64,000 bases of DNA from Vermamoeba vermiformis (Eukaryota), in assembly GCA_045837725.1 (NCBI GenBank), contig JBEWZL010000260.1, positions 124,001 through 188,000 on the forward strand, in the 5' to 3' direction. A program made the position numbers and the translations under genes. Below are positions 45,256-60,535 of this stretch, in pieces (position 1 is the first letter of the stretch; every line of letters starts with the position of its first letter). The notes under the pieces are model-generated. The model made no database searches, was not told the DNA's origin, and saw nothing but the letters and a program-made list of their open reading frames with translations.

Positions 45256-46868
45256 AAAAATTGTAAATAGATCAAAAGAATCTAAGAGATATTGAATACA
45301 ATTGCGTCGAACTGGTTGAATAACAAGCATTGAATTTATTAACAAGGCTAGAATATAGAACTTACACTGCCAACAGCAGCTCTTAGTTCCACATCTCGTG
45401 CAAGACCCATCCAAGAAGACTAAAAAAAGCAGCAGATATCTGAACCTAACATCTCGATCAAGCGACTATGTAAGTAATGCAAATAACTAGTTAAAGCCGC
45501 AACACCTACGCGATCTTTGGATCCGGATCCCACCACTACAGCGCTCTTGATCCACGAACGGAGTTGATTAGACAAGCCACACTATGTATTGAAGCATGGG
45601 CAGTGCCTTCCTCTATCGCGGTCGATCACACAGAGTGTTCAAAAATGGACTCGGTTGAAAATTTGGATCTGACAAATGACCTCTGAAGACGGTGCAGATT
45701 TGTGTCTCCGCGATCCGTTTCAATGAATTTCAGACTTTCAATTGACTGTGCAAGCGTACAGTACCGATCATTATCTCTATCAATATGACCATATACTTTC
45801 GTTGCGTAGTTTTTGGTTCGCAGGTTCGAAGTTGAGTTCAAACCAAACGACACGAGCAAAAAGCGTTTGTTACATGCCGCGCTCTCAAAATTAATTGTTC
45901 AACGCAACGGCACAACGCTAGTGCTTAATAACAGTGTCACACATTAAATGTGTCGAAAACGGCGCAGATTTGTGTCTCCGCTAGTCCGCTTCGAAAAAAT
46001 TAATTTCAATTGAATTTTTGGTACTGACTTTCTTTCGCTTTTTCGTTGGAAGCCAGAAATTATAAAAACAAAAGGTTAATAAACAGCCACGTAAGACGAT
46101 ACTTATTATTTTGAAATATTAGTCAATTTCGTTGCTTTGTTTTTTTATTTTACCATTATTTGTTTTGGAATTGAAATTAGAATCGGAATTAAAATCCATT
46201 TCAGAATCAAAATAGATTTTCAATAGAATAACAAAAAATAAATATATAATGATAGCACCTTATCTTGAGACAAACCGATCAAAGAGCACAATCGGTTCAG
46301 GTCATCAGATCCGCCTGGCCAAAAAGAAAGCTCGATCTGTTCAAAAAAGAAACAATTAAAATGTTGCCTACGATTATCATATTACTAATACAGATTTATT
46401 CTGCATTATTATTATCCGTTCAAATATTGACTGAATTTACCAGTAGTTTTCGAACACTTCGCCATCAAAGAGTGGCCAAAACCTGGTTAATAAGGAGCTG
46501 CCAAGTTAACTAGGCGCTATAATGATGCATCACCATAACGTGTTGTTATTCTGTCGTGCTTGGAGAATAAAAAAGCCAAAGTTGTCGCCGGATGTCGTCG
46601 CAAATTCCAAGTCAGATCGTCGTGTTGAAGGCACATGAGGCATCAAAAGACGTTCACACGAGGGACCTAAACCGCGCGTCACACTTCGTCGCTGCTTCGT
46701 CCAGTGCACACCAAGCGGGACAGCTAATCACTCTGCATAGCAAACTGATCGCATCCACGCAAAGTGACTCGATCTCGAGAGGTCCAAAGGCGTAGCAGAT
46801 TCATTTCCAAGAAACAAATCCTCGCAGGACACTAAGAAGAAAAGTCGAGCAACAGTTCTTATGGACTT

Positions 46869-48563
46869 TTAAGGACTAGCAGTCACGTGAGTGGACTCGG
46901 CGGTGGCGGCTGAAGTCGCGTGAGACAATTTGACACGTTTGGCAGCAGGTTGTTCGCTGCTTTCGGGATCGCTCATCTCGGCCAATCGTCGCTTCAATCT
47001 TCCATAAAGAGAAGGATGGTAAGATCTGCCGTGACCAGTTGAAGTTCCAGTTGCATACCTGACAGGTTCATTCGCGGCAAACCAACGAGTGATGGCAAAA
47101 CGTTTCAAGGGAGTCAAGGCAATGGCCGCGCTCTCTTCACTGATAAAGGTGGTGGTGGTGGTAACTGTAGCTACAATAGTGGGTGTTGAGTTCACTTCGG
47201 AGTTGTGCAAGTCGGTCTTGTAAAAGATCTCGGCAACCAAAGCTCGATCCAACTGCAAAAAGTCGTCGCGAGTGCAAACTTGGGCCAAGTTGTCTTGCAA
47301 ATACTTCTTGCAGCCTTGTTGCAGGCTCTTGGTACCTTCCATGCTCGAGACAGCGGACCACAACGAGCAAACATTGTCGGGGTTTACGAGGCATTGAAAC
47401 ATGTGATGTTCGACCATGGCCATGAGAGGAGACATGCAGAGCATTGAGGCAGCCTGTGAAGAACAAGTTCAACAATAAATTCTCGATAAGTGTGTCGCTC
47501 CGCGTGTTAACGACAGTGCGCAGTTATTATTTTTCGCTGCATCTGGAACAAAAAAATAAAATTGCTTTTAAAGAAAAAGCTATCGTTAATTGGTATAATA
47601 TACGTATAGTTAGTTATTATATAGTTTAAGGATATAAACAGAATTCTCTGAACGAAATTTAAAAAATTTCGCAACCGAAAGCATGCTGACCTGCCAAAGT
47701 TTCCAAGCGTCGTTGATAGCGACATGATCCTCGTCGTCATGCAAAGGCAAGTCGACAACGTCGCTGTAAATCCATCGCAGAATGCGCTCGAAGGTCTTCG
47801 GTTCGCAATCTGGAATGGGAATTCGCTGTTGTGATGTCTCGCGCATTCCGTTAAGGAACATGGACTGAAACCAGTGAGAACGAGCTGCAAGAATCGATTT
47901 GTTGGCATAAAAAGTTTTGTCTTGTACTTCCAAGGCAACGTCACTCAAAGCAGTGAATGTGTCGAAGGATTGGTTTTGATGGCAGAACAATCGAGCCAGA
48001 TCGTTGGAAAGGGAAGCAACAGGAGACACGGTTTGTTTTTCAAAGTTGGTGGCTTCTCTATTCTCGGTGTAAAGTTTGGGGTGACCCAAGACGTGCGGGA
48101 GATTGGCAATTATTTCCAGATTTGAAATGGCGAAGATACTAAACGAAACACACTATTAGCCATACATCGTATTATTGTGGATAAGTTACGATCAAAAATA
48201 ATTTGTGGTAAAATAATTTATGGAAGAGCTATTTTGAAAATAATAAGAATATTCTGAAACTAATCTGTTGCTTGTCAATACTTACACTCCTGCGGGCAAA
48301 TTATGGATGGTGAATTCGATGAGTTTAACTACAGCGTATTGCAAATTATTAATCATGTCGTAGAGCTTGGGGTGAAGGAGTGCGGGTTTTAAATGGATTC
48401 CATCAGAAATAACAATTCGGCATGGCTGAACTTTAGCTTTAACTTGAGATAACTTCTTTAATTGAACGATTTGGATAAGAGGCTTGACTTTTTGTTGGTT
48501 GGAGCCTTGCTGGCTTTGCTCCGAAGAAGCAATCCAACCGGAGGAGAGTTGTAAAGTGAACAT
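46869..48563 (-). CDS. RPA70 N-terminal OB-fold-like domain fused to BTB/POZ-BACK
   Basis: LSSGWI..PLIQI..RIVISDG..LEII..LGHP, then SDVALEV..FYANKSILAARSHWFQSMFLNGMRE..ILRWIYS and BACK-like NVCSLW; 3 exons in frame. Confidence 0.8.
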
Positions 48564-49192
48564 AGCTCGTGAATAAATATATTTACACTGTACAATAAGG
48601 CCCTATATTACTATAATACAGGGAAGGGCCAAATACGTTCGTGAGTTACGTTTGGTTGATTAAAACTGCGTAAAATTGCCTTTTTATTGTTCGCTTGGAC
48701 TTTTCCGTGATTGTTCTGGATTTCTTCCCGAACTTTTTTTTTGCCTAACATTTAATGCGGAAAACTGCGGGTGCCCGGATTTTTCTTACCCCCCGAAAAA
48801 GACAAGCAAGTGAATTGCGCGCCAGTAAAAGTATGAGAAAAAGTTTTCTAATCCTTTGGTAAACATGCCACGTAAAATGCGAGTTGTTGCGAGTTCAGCG
48901 AATCCGGCATTTGGAATTCAATCAGGCGTCAGCAACGAATAATGCTAAAAATCGGGAGTACATAACTACCATAGCCAATAAAGCATGTTTCAATTCAAAG
49001 CAGCTCGAAAACACGAGAGGATGAACCGAATTTTTGGCTCGATCGCGATCCGATCAATTCAATTATTGCACTTAGGGTTATTTTGAGGCCTACTTCGCCG
49101 CATAATGTATTTTGAATAATATTGGTTCGTTTATTCGAATAGCAGTAAGCTCGGAGTTTTTCTGCCCGATTTTTAGCATTTATTTTTTTGAG

Positions 49193-51772
49193 ATGGCGAC
49201 CACAACCACAGTAGATGCAACGGCGAGACAAGTCGAGAATTTGTTTCCTGAGGTGGAGGCAAAATATCTTCGCGACCTCATTAGCGGTCTTATCCAACAA
49301 GGTGTAAAGGACTTGATCGGCGTAGTTTGTGATCAGCTCTCAGACGATAATTATCCTCGAAAGAAACTTGAAAAAGATGACGAAGTGCATGTTGTAGGCG
49401 TGGGAAGGCACGTAGAGCGACAACTAGACGAAGACACGCTTGATCTCACCTCAAATAATGGTGTCAAAAAAGGTAATATTTTAAGAATTATAAAATAATT
49501 TAGTATTTTCTATTTATGCACGATGTAGCTAATTGATAGAAATTGAATAAAAATGGAATCAATTCTTCGAATATTTCAATTCGAAACGCAATACCATCTT
49601 TTCTCGTGCAATCTAATACCATAAATTAGTAGATTATTTTACATAAAGGATTAACAATAAATAAACTTCTAACGAATATTTAAAAATTATTGGATTTGCA
49701 GTTCAAAATTTAGTTCAATTTTCTCATCACCCTTTATAGCCCTAGTGAAAGTGAGCAAGCAAAGCATCATCAAAACCATCTCTGAAGCATTCCCCGATGC
49801 CGACGAAGATTACTTAAGCGAGTGCTTCGAGCGCGTAAAATCTTCTTCGGTCGATCCGGTTGAAGCAATCTCCAATATTCTATTGGACGGCAAATATCCC
49901 TAAGAAAAAGAAAGAAGCGAAGACTCCCGAAAAAGGCGCATTCATTGATATCGAGGCTGGCGATCTGGCTGAGACCGACGATGTCAATTATTTTGAGCTG
50001 AAAACTGAGCCCAATGACGAATACAAAATCCAATGGTACGTTCAAATTTTTTATTTGATACTTATTTGCCCATATATTGAGCTCGTATATAGCAAAGTAT
50101 TGTTGGAGAATGCGTTCCCGCTGCTAACGGTCAAACAAATCGAAAAGCCCTGGCAAGACAATCATTACCGTTACGCGCCAACATGGAAGTACTTGAAGTC
50201 TCAGCTCATTAAAGACGATACAGGGCAGATCACCTCACTGACCATGAAGTTGCTAAAGAAGCCACGCAAGTCAAAGTGGCAACCTGCGCTCGTGCCCGAG
50301 TTGCAGCGTGAAAAGGCGTTCGTTCAGCGCCAAGAGCGTAAGTAGTTCTTTGTGGCTATTATTCAAATCTAATGTCCCCGTAGATAAGGAAATGGAAGAA
50401 AAAGACCGAAAGTTAGCGGAAGAGTTGAATGAGCAAGAGTATGAAGAGACAGGCCAAGGAATTGAATGCGGGTGTTGCTGCTGCGAGTACCCGTTCGACG
50501 AAATGGTTCAATGCCTCGATGGACATTTGTTCTGCAAGAATTGTCTCAAGAAATACGTCGAGGAGAGCGTCTTTGGTCAAGGTCAAATTGACGTGCATTG
50601 CATGGACGGCAGCGGTTGTAAATCTACGTTCCCGATGAGCCAGTTGAAGCGAAGCTTGCCCGAGCAAATGTTAACTAAGATTATGAAAAGAGTGCAAGAG
50701 TTGGAGGTGATGAAGGTACGTTTGCGTATCCGTATGAGTGCAAGACTTGATCTAATGAGTAACTAGGCTGGTATTGAAAATCTCCATCAATGTCCGTTCT
50801 GTGACTACAAAGCGGAGATTGCAAACGAGGACGATAAAGTATTCAAATGCGCTGTAAGTTGATTGCACTCGCGCTTGTTAACCAGTGACTGGGTACTAAT
50901 TGCTTCAGAATCAGAGCTGTGAAAAAGAAAGTTGTAGATTATGTAAAGAAGAAAGTCACATTCCACTTCGATGCGAAGAAGTCGAAAAGAAGAATGAGAC
51001 TGACTTCAGAAAGACTGTCGAAGAGCGCATGTCCGAAGCGTTGATTCGATCTTGCCCAAAGTGCAAGCAGAAGTTCTACAAAACCGAAGGTTGCAATAAG
51101 ATGACGTGCCAGTGCGGTGCTTGTAAGTACTTATTTATTGGAGTCGTTCGTAATAATCTAACAATATCACTAGATGTGTGTTACGTGTGTCGAGAATTGA
51201 TTGGTCACAAAGTTGGCTACGAGCACTTCTGCAAGTGCAATAGAAATCCGATGCCGATGGGCAAGTGCCCTAAGTGCAACAAGTGCTTCTTGTTCTTAAA
51301 GGATACTGTGCAAGAAGATCAGAAGTTGGTCGAAGAAATGAAACGAAAAGTCGAAGAAGAATATAAAAAAGAGCATCCTGAGTTGGCTGAAAAAGAGGTA
51401 CGAGTCATTATATCATGCTCTATTTACATTGCGCGTACTCAATTTGCTTTTTCAGATTCAAATTGGCCCCAAGGAAGAGAAGAAGAAAGGAGGCAAAAAG
51501 GCGAAGAAAGACGCTTTCCCTGCCGTTCCAATGCCAGCTTTCAACTTTGCAGCAATCAACCCGTTTGCTGGAATGCAACCTAGTAAGTACAGATTGTTTG
51601 GACGTTCGTTCGAGTACCAGATCTGAATATTTTTTTAGTGGTGCATGTCCAACGCGTGCTAGGTCTAGCACCAGCTGTGAATAGAAGAAGACCATATCAA
51701 GCTGTTCAAGGCGAGCCGGGTGAAGAAGAGCAACAACACTTGCGACGGAGCAAGAGGAGGCGTGGTTATTAA
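49193..51772 (+). CDS. RBR E3 ubiquitin ligase, RNF216/TRIAD3-like, with N-terminal CUE-like repeats
   Basis: ECGCCC..CLDGHLFCKNC, CPFC, SCRLCKEESHIPLRC, CPKC..KTEGCNKMTCQCG; +1 frameshift at 49898-49900. Confidence 0.9.
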
Positions 51773-51926
51773 CGCGTTAATCGTGCTGCTCGCAATTGTC
51801 TTGGCCTTTGTAATAACAGTAAATTTTTACAGTTTATTATCGAAAACGTTACACGAGGCATATTGAAAATACAAAACAAGAGAGAGTGTCAAAATGGATT
51901 ATAATACAAGAGCAGATCGAGCTTGC

Positions 51927-52861
<935 letters not shown>

Positions 52862-53346
52862 CTCTTATCTTGTTTATGTTTACAGGCTTAGTTTGTTCAT
52901 TTGTACCAACTTCTTTTTTTGTACCGTTCTGTTTAGTCTTGAAAATAGAACTTCTCTGATTGGTCGAAAATTTAGACGAGCTCCTATTCGTGGATATTTT
53001 TACTTTCCACGTGCTTTGTAACGGTCGGCTAATTTGGACTTTTAATTGCAATGCATGTAGCCTTGGTACCTAACACCTATCAGCAAGCTATATATATTCT
53101 CTGGGTTAAGATTCGTATAGCAAGCAATGCACCTTACTTGCACCAGCTGCGGATGTAGATTGTTCGTTGCTGCATCCGCTGTAAGAATATTAGAGAATTA
53201 GCTAAAATTATTCGAGCATATGAAATTGAATAAACTTGGTCCTTGGCGAATGTTGAAAGGCTATGAAATGGATTCGCGGTGTACAATCCACAAATTTGAG
53301 ATATTTCGAAATTTTGTCTTTCAACTCAATTTCCTGTATTACCACA

Positions 53347-56300
53347 ATGGCTACAGGTACTGATCGGTTTGCCGATTATCCATTACATGCTGCCGCATTT
53401 CGCGGTGATATAGAGAGTATCAAAAAGCTAGTCGATGGCGGTTATGCTGTAGATACGCCAGATTCTGAAGAAACAACTGCTCTGTATTAGTAAGCACACG
53501 TGACATATTATGTATAATACCATGGTGGATTAATCATGCTTAATCTAGCGCTTCATTTACCGGTGAAAAGGAAGTAGTCGAGTATTTGCTGTTTAAAAAA
53601 GCAGATCCGAACAAGGCCAACAAATTTGGTGCTACCCCATTATCGGTAACTTTTTAAAATATTTTCTAGTCGTGCTATTCAATTACAAAAATAAAATATA
53701 AATAAATGTCAAAGGATGTCAAACGAGGCTGAAATTAGAAACGTTTGTTCGTGTTAGCTTACGTTCCTTTGTCCGATAGGTCGCTGCCGCACATGGTTTT
53801 GTGTCGGTGGTCAGCGCTTTATTGGATGCCAAGGCACAAGTGGATGCGCTCGATAATGAAGGAGCCAGCGCGGCTCATAAAGCAGCCTTCTACGGCAAGT
53901 CTAAGACCTTGTACTTGTTGTACACTCATAGTGCCAACGTCAAGGGTCGAGATCTCTATGGCACTACTCCCTTGCACAATGCCGCGTTTAGTGGCTCTTA
54001 CGAGTGCTGCTCGATCCTCATCCAAGGGTACGGTGCTTGGTTTATCGTGAGTCGATTATTAACTTGTATAATAGTGGCGCGTTGATCAACGTACGCGACT
54101 GCGAAGGCACTACTCCGTTCATGAAAGCTGGTAAGTCAGATTTTTCAGTCACTTTTCGTTCTAACCCTTAGTGTAGCATTCAATGGCCATTTGCCCATTG
54201 TCGCTCTCTTCAGCAGAAAGTAGGTGTAAGAGCATATATCGAACATGCACTAACGTTTCCACAGTGGTGCCAAGTTGAATATGCGCGACAGTTTCAACAA
54301 AGTGGCGGCCATTCACTTCGCCTCGTTCAAAGGTCACAACAGCATTGTTGACTTTTTGTTGAAGAAAGGTGCTCGTGCCACCATTGCAGACAAGCGAGGT
54401 ACTACTGCTCTTCACTATGCCGCCTACAGTGGTCACTTAGACGTTGTCAAAACGTTGCTCCAATACGGTGCGGATCCGTTGAGCCGGTAAGTTGCACGTG
54501 CCCTGTTCTTGCGTAGCTAATAGGAGCTCAGTGACACTGGTGGCCAATCATTGCCCGAGTTCGATGAGTCTGCGTACCACTCCAGCATTCACGTGTCAAA
54601 CGGCACTGATGCAGTGGGCTGGACACCAATCCACGGTGCTTGCTACAAAGGTCACCTTGAAGTCGTGCAACATTTGTTGTCTCTTCCTGGTATTGCAGTG
54701 GATCTCATTGGTCCTGCTAAGATCACTTTGCTCCATGCCGGTACGTTACACACGAAATATAATGAGATGTCAATAGCTAATTCCTGTTGTAGCCGCTGCT
54801 AACAGTTGCCTCAATGTTGTCAAATTTTTGGTCGAGAAAGGTGCCTCCGTCAATGCTTTGGATAACAGTACGTTTGAACTAGAAGTTATAGGAGTAATGC
54901 TAACATCGTGCAGATGGTGCTAGTGTCCTCCACAAGGCCGCTGCTTGCGGTGAGCGTGGCTTTGAAACTGCCCAGTTCTTGCTCGAGAAGGGCGCGGACC
55001 ACTCTGTCGTCGATCGTTTTGGCATCTCCCCGTTCCTCGTTGCTTGTTATTCTGGCTGCAGTTCTCTCGTGAAGCACTACTTGGACCAAGATTGGGTTAA
55101 AGTCGATGACGTCGATGCAACCAAGCAAACTGGCTTGCACATGGCTGCTCGTAACTCACACGAAGACGTCATCAATATTCTTTTGGAACACGAGGCGAAG
55201 AAGACTGTTACCGACAAAGAGGGCGCTACTCCTTTGCATCGTGCCGCTGCGGCTCATTCCGCTGGCGGTTTGAGAATCCTCTTGCAACAAGGTCTTGACA
55301 TTGAAGCACGTGACAATCTCGGTGAACAAGCCATTCACAAAGCTGCTGCCGCTGGTCAGATTGAGGCCGTCGACGAACTGTTGAAAGCTGGTGCTTCCAT
55401 CGCTGCAACGTAAGTCCCAAAACTATGCTCAAAGCACACGTGTACCTAACATTAGTACGTTGCAGCGACTCTCAAGGCTTCACTCCATTGCTCCACGCGT
55501 TTGCTCAAGGTCGTTTGGAATGCGCTAAACACTTGCTAGCCAAGGGCGCTGATCTGAATGCCAGGGACAAGGACGGCGCTACTACTCTTCACGTGGCTGC
55601 TCAAGGTGGTCACGTCGACTGCTTGCGCCACCTTGTTACGCTTGGTATTCCTATTGCTATCAAAGACACTAAGGGCTCAACGGGTAAGTGCATTTTGGTC
55701 TCAAAGTCTTTAGCCTTGAGCTGTGCTAATTGTTTACAGCTTTGCACATCGCTTCATTCAATGGCCACTCTCAAGCAGTCTCTTTGTTGTTACGCCGCAA
55801 CGCACCTGTTGATGCTCTTGACGAAGAAGGGTAAGTATTGAATATAAGGCGTTTGATAATATGATGCTAACTGGTTTTAGTTCAACTCCCTTGCACAAGG
55901 CTGCCTTTACTGGCCGAGAAATGGCCATGCGCTACTTGATCAAGAAGGGCGCTAAGGTCGATGCGAAGGACAACGAAGGCGCTACTCCATTGCACAAAGC
56001 TGCATTTAGTGGCGAAGTCAAGGCTGTCACTTTGGTATGTTCAGATCCACCTGCTCATTCGTGACTTGACCATTCACTAACACGCACTGCAGTTGATCAG
56101 CAAGGGCGCTACTGTCAATGAAAAGGACAAGCAGGGTTCTACTCCGTTGCACAATGCTGCTTTCAGAGGCAACGTTGACGTCGTCACGGCTCTTGTTGAG
56201 CGAAGTGCTGTCGTCGACACAGCTGATGTGAATGGCTTGCGGTACGTCTATTGCGTTCTTATGGTTTGGGCCTAACAATGCGAACTAGACCGATCCATCA

Positions 56301-59074
56301 CGCCGCTTCAAACGGTCATGCTCAAGTCATCGATATTCTTCTCAAGGCCAATCTTTCGGGCATTTTGTGCGTCGATAACAACGGCATTACTCCACTCATG
56401 AACGCTGCTTACAACGGTCACGTCGACTGCATCAAGTGCGTTACAAGACTTTATTTTTCGTGATGCACAACTAATTCGGAGTTTAGTTTGTTGATCAAGT
56501 CTGGCGCTAAGATCGAAATCGGAGATAACGACGGAACAACTTGCGTGCACTACGCGACCATTGGTGCCAAGTTTGGACCGACTCTCACGTGCTTGTTGGG
56601 TCACGGCGCTGATATAAACATCAAGAACAAAGCGGTACGTTCATTCGAACACGTGTCACTTGTCCTGTTCCGAGTCTAATGTAATGCTTACAGGGCCGTA
56701 CTCCTTTGCACTTTGCTGCGGGAGATGGTGGTCTCGGCGCTGTCAGCTTGTTGTTAGCGAACAAAGCTGATCCCAATGCCGCTGACTACTCCGGTACTAC
56801 TCCTCTTCACTTGGCCGTGCAACATCGTCGTAACGATGCCGTGCAAACTTTGCTGAAGAACGGTGCTAACATCAACATTAGAGACAACAACGTATGTATT
56901 ATAGTGATCAATGTAAAGGATAGTACCTAACGTTTGTTTTAGGGTCAAACTGCGATGCACATCGCTGCATCCGCACCGGATCTGTACACTATGCTCATGT
57001 TCTTGTTGTCTAAGGTACACATTAATACTATGCCACTACGTTCGTATCTAACAATATTACTAGGGTGCTGAATTGTATGTTGATGACAAAGAAGGTCGCA
57101 ATCCAATTCAGCTTGCTTTAACGCACAATGACACTCGTTTGAACCGCATGGCCGCTGACTTCGCAAGAGTAAGTTATATCAACTAGACAAATAGAGCCTG
57201 TTTATTAATCATTTGTCACAAAGGGTGTTCTTGAACGTGAAGAAACCACCAAGGAAAAAGTCGATCTTACCAAGCTGTTGTTGCCTAACAAGCTCAAGAA
57301 CCACCAGTCCTTGATGAACTTGTTAGAGGTAAGTAACATAAGACCGACATCTACTTTGCAGAATATAACTTGAAATCTTCATAGGTCTTGTACGATGAGA
57401 ACTGGACCGTTGTTGAAGCGATCATTGACACGACCCAACAAGCCGACATGGACAAAATGTCGACTGCGCTCGTCAATATCTTCCAGTTCTTTGACTTTGC
57501 CTTGCCGCTCATTAAGGTTGGCATCAAAGTCGAAGTCGAAAAGACAAGTACGTACTTGCTAACAAAGGCTAAATGTCACGTGCTAACATAATTTTTTTCA
57601 CAGCTGATCCGGGTACTTTGTTGCGTTCTAACACTATGACCTCGAAGATGATGACAGCTTATTCACGTCTCATTGCCAAGAAGTACTTGCAAGACGCTCT
57701 TCGTGACGGCATTGAAAAAGTTTGCAAGTTCAAGAAGGGTCTTGAGGTGCGTATTGTGACACTTGTTGGTGCCTCGCTTGCATAATCTCACGCGAGTTAT
57801 TTGTTAGGTTGATCCTCCAAAGATCCCCAAGGGCGGCAAGCTCGACGAGAACATTCAAAACTTGAAGCAGGCCGTGACCTACTTCTTGGACGCCGTTTAC
57901 AGCTCGCTCGATAAGATGCCCTGGTAAGCACTTTAAGAGATTACTTAATATAGTATCATAACTGACGAGGTTATCTTCTTGCAGGCAATGCCGTCAGATC
58001 TGCTACTACTTGAAGCAAATCGTTGCTGCCAAGTTCCCCGACAACAGCAGACCGATCGAGACAGCTATCGGAGGCTACTTGTTCTTGAGATTTTTCAACC
58101 CTGCCTTAGTCGTGCCTGACGGCATTGACATCAAAGTGGCTGGTGATTTGACCGCCGAGAACCGTCGTACATTGCTGCTGATCTCGAAAATCTTGCAGAA
58201 CTTGTCCAACGGTGTCGAGTTCCAGAAAGAAGAGTACATGAAGCCGTTCAATCCCTACGTCAAAGAGAAGTTCGATGCCATGAAGGAGTACTTCGATCAA
58301 GCTGCTGTAAGTACACGTTAAGTGATAGCTTTGCGGAAGTTTTAATTGACACGTGTCACCCTAGACCTTGCCACCTGATTTGAAGTTGCAAACTTCTGAG
58401 TACGCTGAAACTCCTGTCGAGAAGTTCTTGGAGGGCGTGCATACACTTGTGCACTTGTTGAACTCGTTCGATAAGAAGACCCTCAACGAGAAAGTTGCTG
58501 CCAAGCTTGAGGCCGACAACCCTCAACTGCTCGAGAAGTTGAAGTCTGCTTTGGCTGACATTGAAGATCATTTGGAAGAGCTTAAGTGTAAGTTACTCTC
58601 AACTTTTTTTTTGACACGTTGACACCCGACACTTTTGACACTTTAACCTCTTTCTCGTTAACAACCATACTTCGACTGATGTAATGGATCGTCTTATACC
58701 GAGACTAACGTGTTATATTTGCAGATAACGGCGAAGAAGACAACTTTGACAACGAGATTGCGCCCATCGAATCCAAGTTGGCACTCGCAGGAAATGACAA
58801 AAATGCGCCGAAAGTACGCAGCATCTCGCTTGGTCCTGAGGTCGGAGCTGGTCCGAGCAGCGAGGAGCCCGTTTCATTGCCGCCCCCACCTGCCAGTCCT
58901 AAAAAGGAAACCAAGGTGAAGGTCGAGATCAAAGGCAAAGAGGACAAGAAAGACAAGGTCAAGGAGGACAAGAAGCACAAAGAAGAGAAGCACAAGGACA
59001 AGGAAGAGAAGCATAAGGACAAGGAGGACAAGAAGGAGAAAGATAAGGAAGAGAAAAAAGACAAAAAAAAGTAA
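53347..59074 (+). CDS. Ankyrin-repeat RasGAP
   Basis: More than 20 TPLHxAA-type ankyrin repeats, then TLLRSNT (Arg finger), GGYLFLRFFNPALV, LISKILQNLSN, K/E/D-rich tail. Confidence 0.92.
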
Positions 59075-59142
59075 TCGTAACCGATCAGAAGTTACGCGAT
59101 CTAAACTTTTAAAAATCGGTTTATATGGTACATTATAATACA

Positions 59143-60415
59143 TTAAACAATAAAGTTAGGTTCAAAAATTGAACTGTTCAAGCGTAGCTTGTGCGCTACT
59201 GCATATTGAACACGAGAGTAATAGGGCTCCGGATTTGTAATGAACTCGTGTTCTAACGCCTCGCTAACCGTAATTCTTTTCCTGTAATCCAATTCAAGCA
59301 TTTTCTTCAATAAATCGCAAGTGCTAGGTAACAATCGATAACCGACATCTCTATCGAAGTTATTTAGCACTTGGTAGATATCGTCCAGTGTGCCATCTTT
59401 GAATGCATGTTTCTCGCCAAATATGACCTACATCTGATTAGCTCGCTTTAACTAAGTATATATAATACGTACAAATTCTAAGAAAACAACGCCAGCTGCA
59501 AAAATGTCGCATACGCGCGGATCAGGTGGAATATGTCCTCGGAGCTTCTCTGGAGCGAAGTACCGCAATGTGCCAGGTATACGCTCAATAGTCTTATTTT
59601 GGTATTCCGTAAAATCGAAGCAAGTCAAAGCGAAGTCTGTTAGGAAAACGTCCACGGTTTTGCATACAAACGGATCTGTGAACTGCCAAACTATATTCTG
59701 TGGCTTGATATCTCTATGAGCTATACCATTGTCGTGACACACTTTAATAGCCTAAAAATATTGTTGGGTTTAAGAAATTGAAACCGTTCGTGGATTTGCT
59801 TTACCTCCAATAATTGTTTCATGACTTGTTTCATAAAACCTCGTAATGTGTCACGGTTATAGCGCATATACATCGGTGTAATTATTATTCCTCCTTCGCC
59901 TATTGGAATTGCATCCACCATTTTGATAATCGAAGGACAATTCAGCGGATCCAACACTTCGTGACTTCTTTTCTCGGTTTCATATAATTGCTTGACGTCG
60001 TACTTTGCAAAATATTTTTCTCCTTTGTCATTTAGTAGGCCGAAAAAGTAAGGGTGCTCTTCGGCGACTTGGAAGACTTGATACTGCTTTAATTTGGAAA
60101 ACACTTCCGAGTCTTGGGGCACCTCTACAAAAAAACTAAAAAAAATGGTACTTTAGTATTGTGTATTTAATCGGAAATTAAAATTAAAATTAAACGCGGT
60201 TAAAAGAGAAAATGATACAATTTTTCTACGCGTTTGCAAATTTGTTTTAAGCTCAAAATAATCGCTCCTACTCACTACTGCTTCATATAGGTGTTTAAGG
60301 GCAAGGGATTTTCAATGTCAAACAACTCGCCGTACGAGTCTTCTTTGTCCCAGTCTGAAGAAGTACTTAGAGAGAGCTCCGAAGTTTCTTCTACTTCCTC
60401 AACATCATGCTCCAT
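59143..60415 (-). CDS. Small divergent Ser/Thr kinase, copy A
   Basis: Acidic exon 1, YFAK, HRDIKPQN, DFA, PGTLRYFAPEK, CDIFAAG, KRITVSEALEH; 4 exons. Confidence 0.85.
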
Positions 60416-60535
60416 TAAAATAATAGGATCGTTTGACTAATTCAAACAAGATTTAATTGTGTTGTTGCAATGCTTCTTTTGAATTGCAATGCAGTTTTTG
60501 TTACACAAAACTCATATGAGTTTTTCCTTAAAGTA

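Noticed and set aside
45626-46795. Short ORFs in the GNAT-BTB gap
   Set aside because: No recognisable motifs or linked exons
53347-57100. Regularly repeated ACTCC.TTGCAC motifs resembling an array
   Set aside because: Codons for ankyrin TPLH repeats, not CRISPR or DNA repeats
58705-59143. Hydrophobic minus-strand ORFs
   Set aside because: Antisense shadow of the K/E/D-rich RasGAP tail
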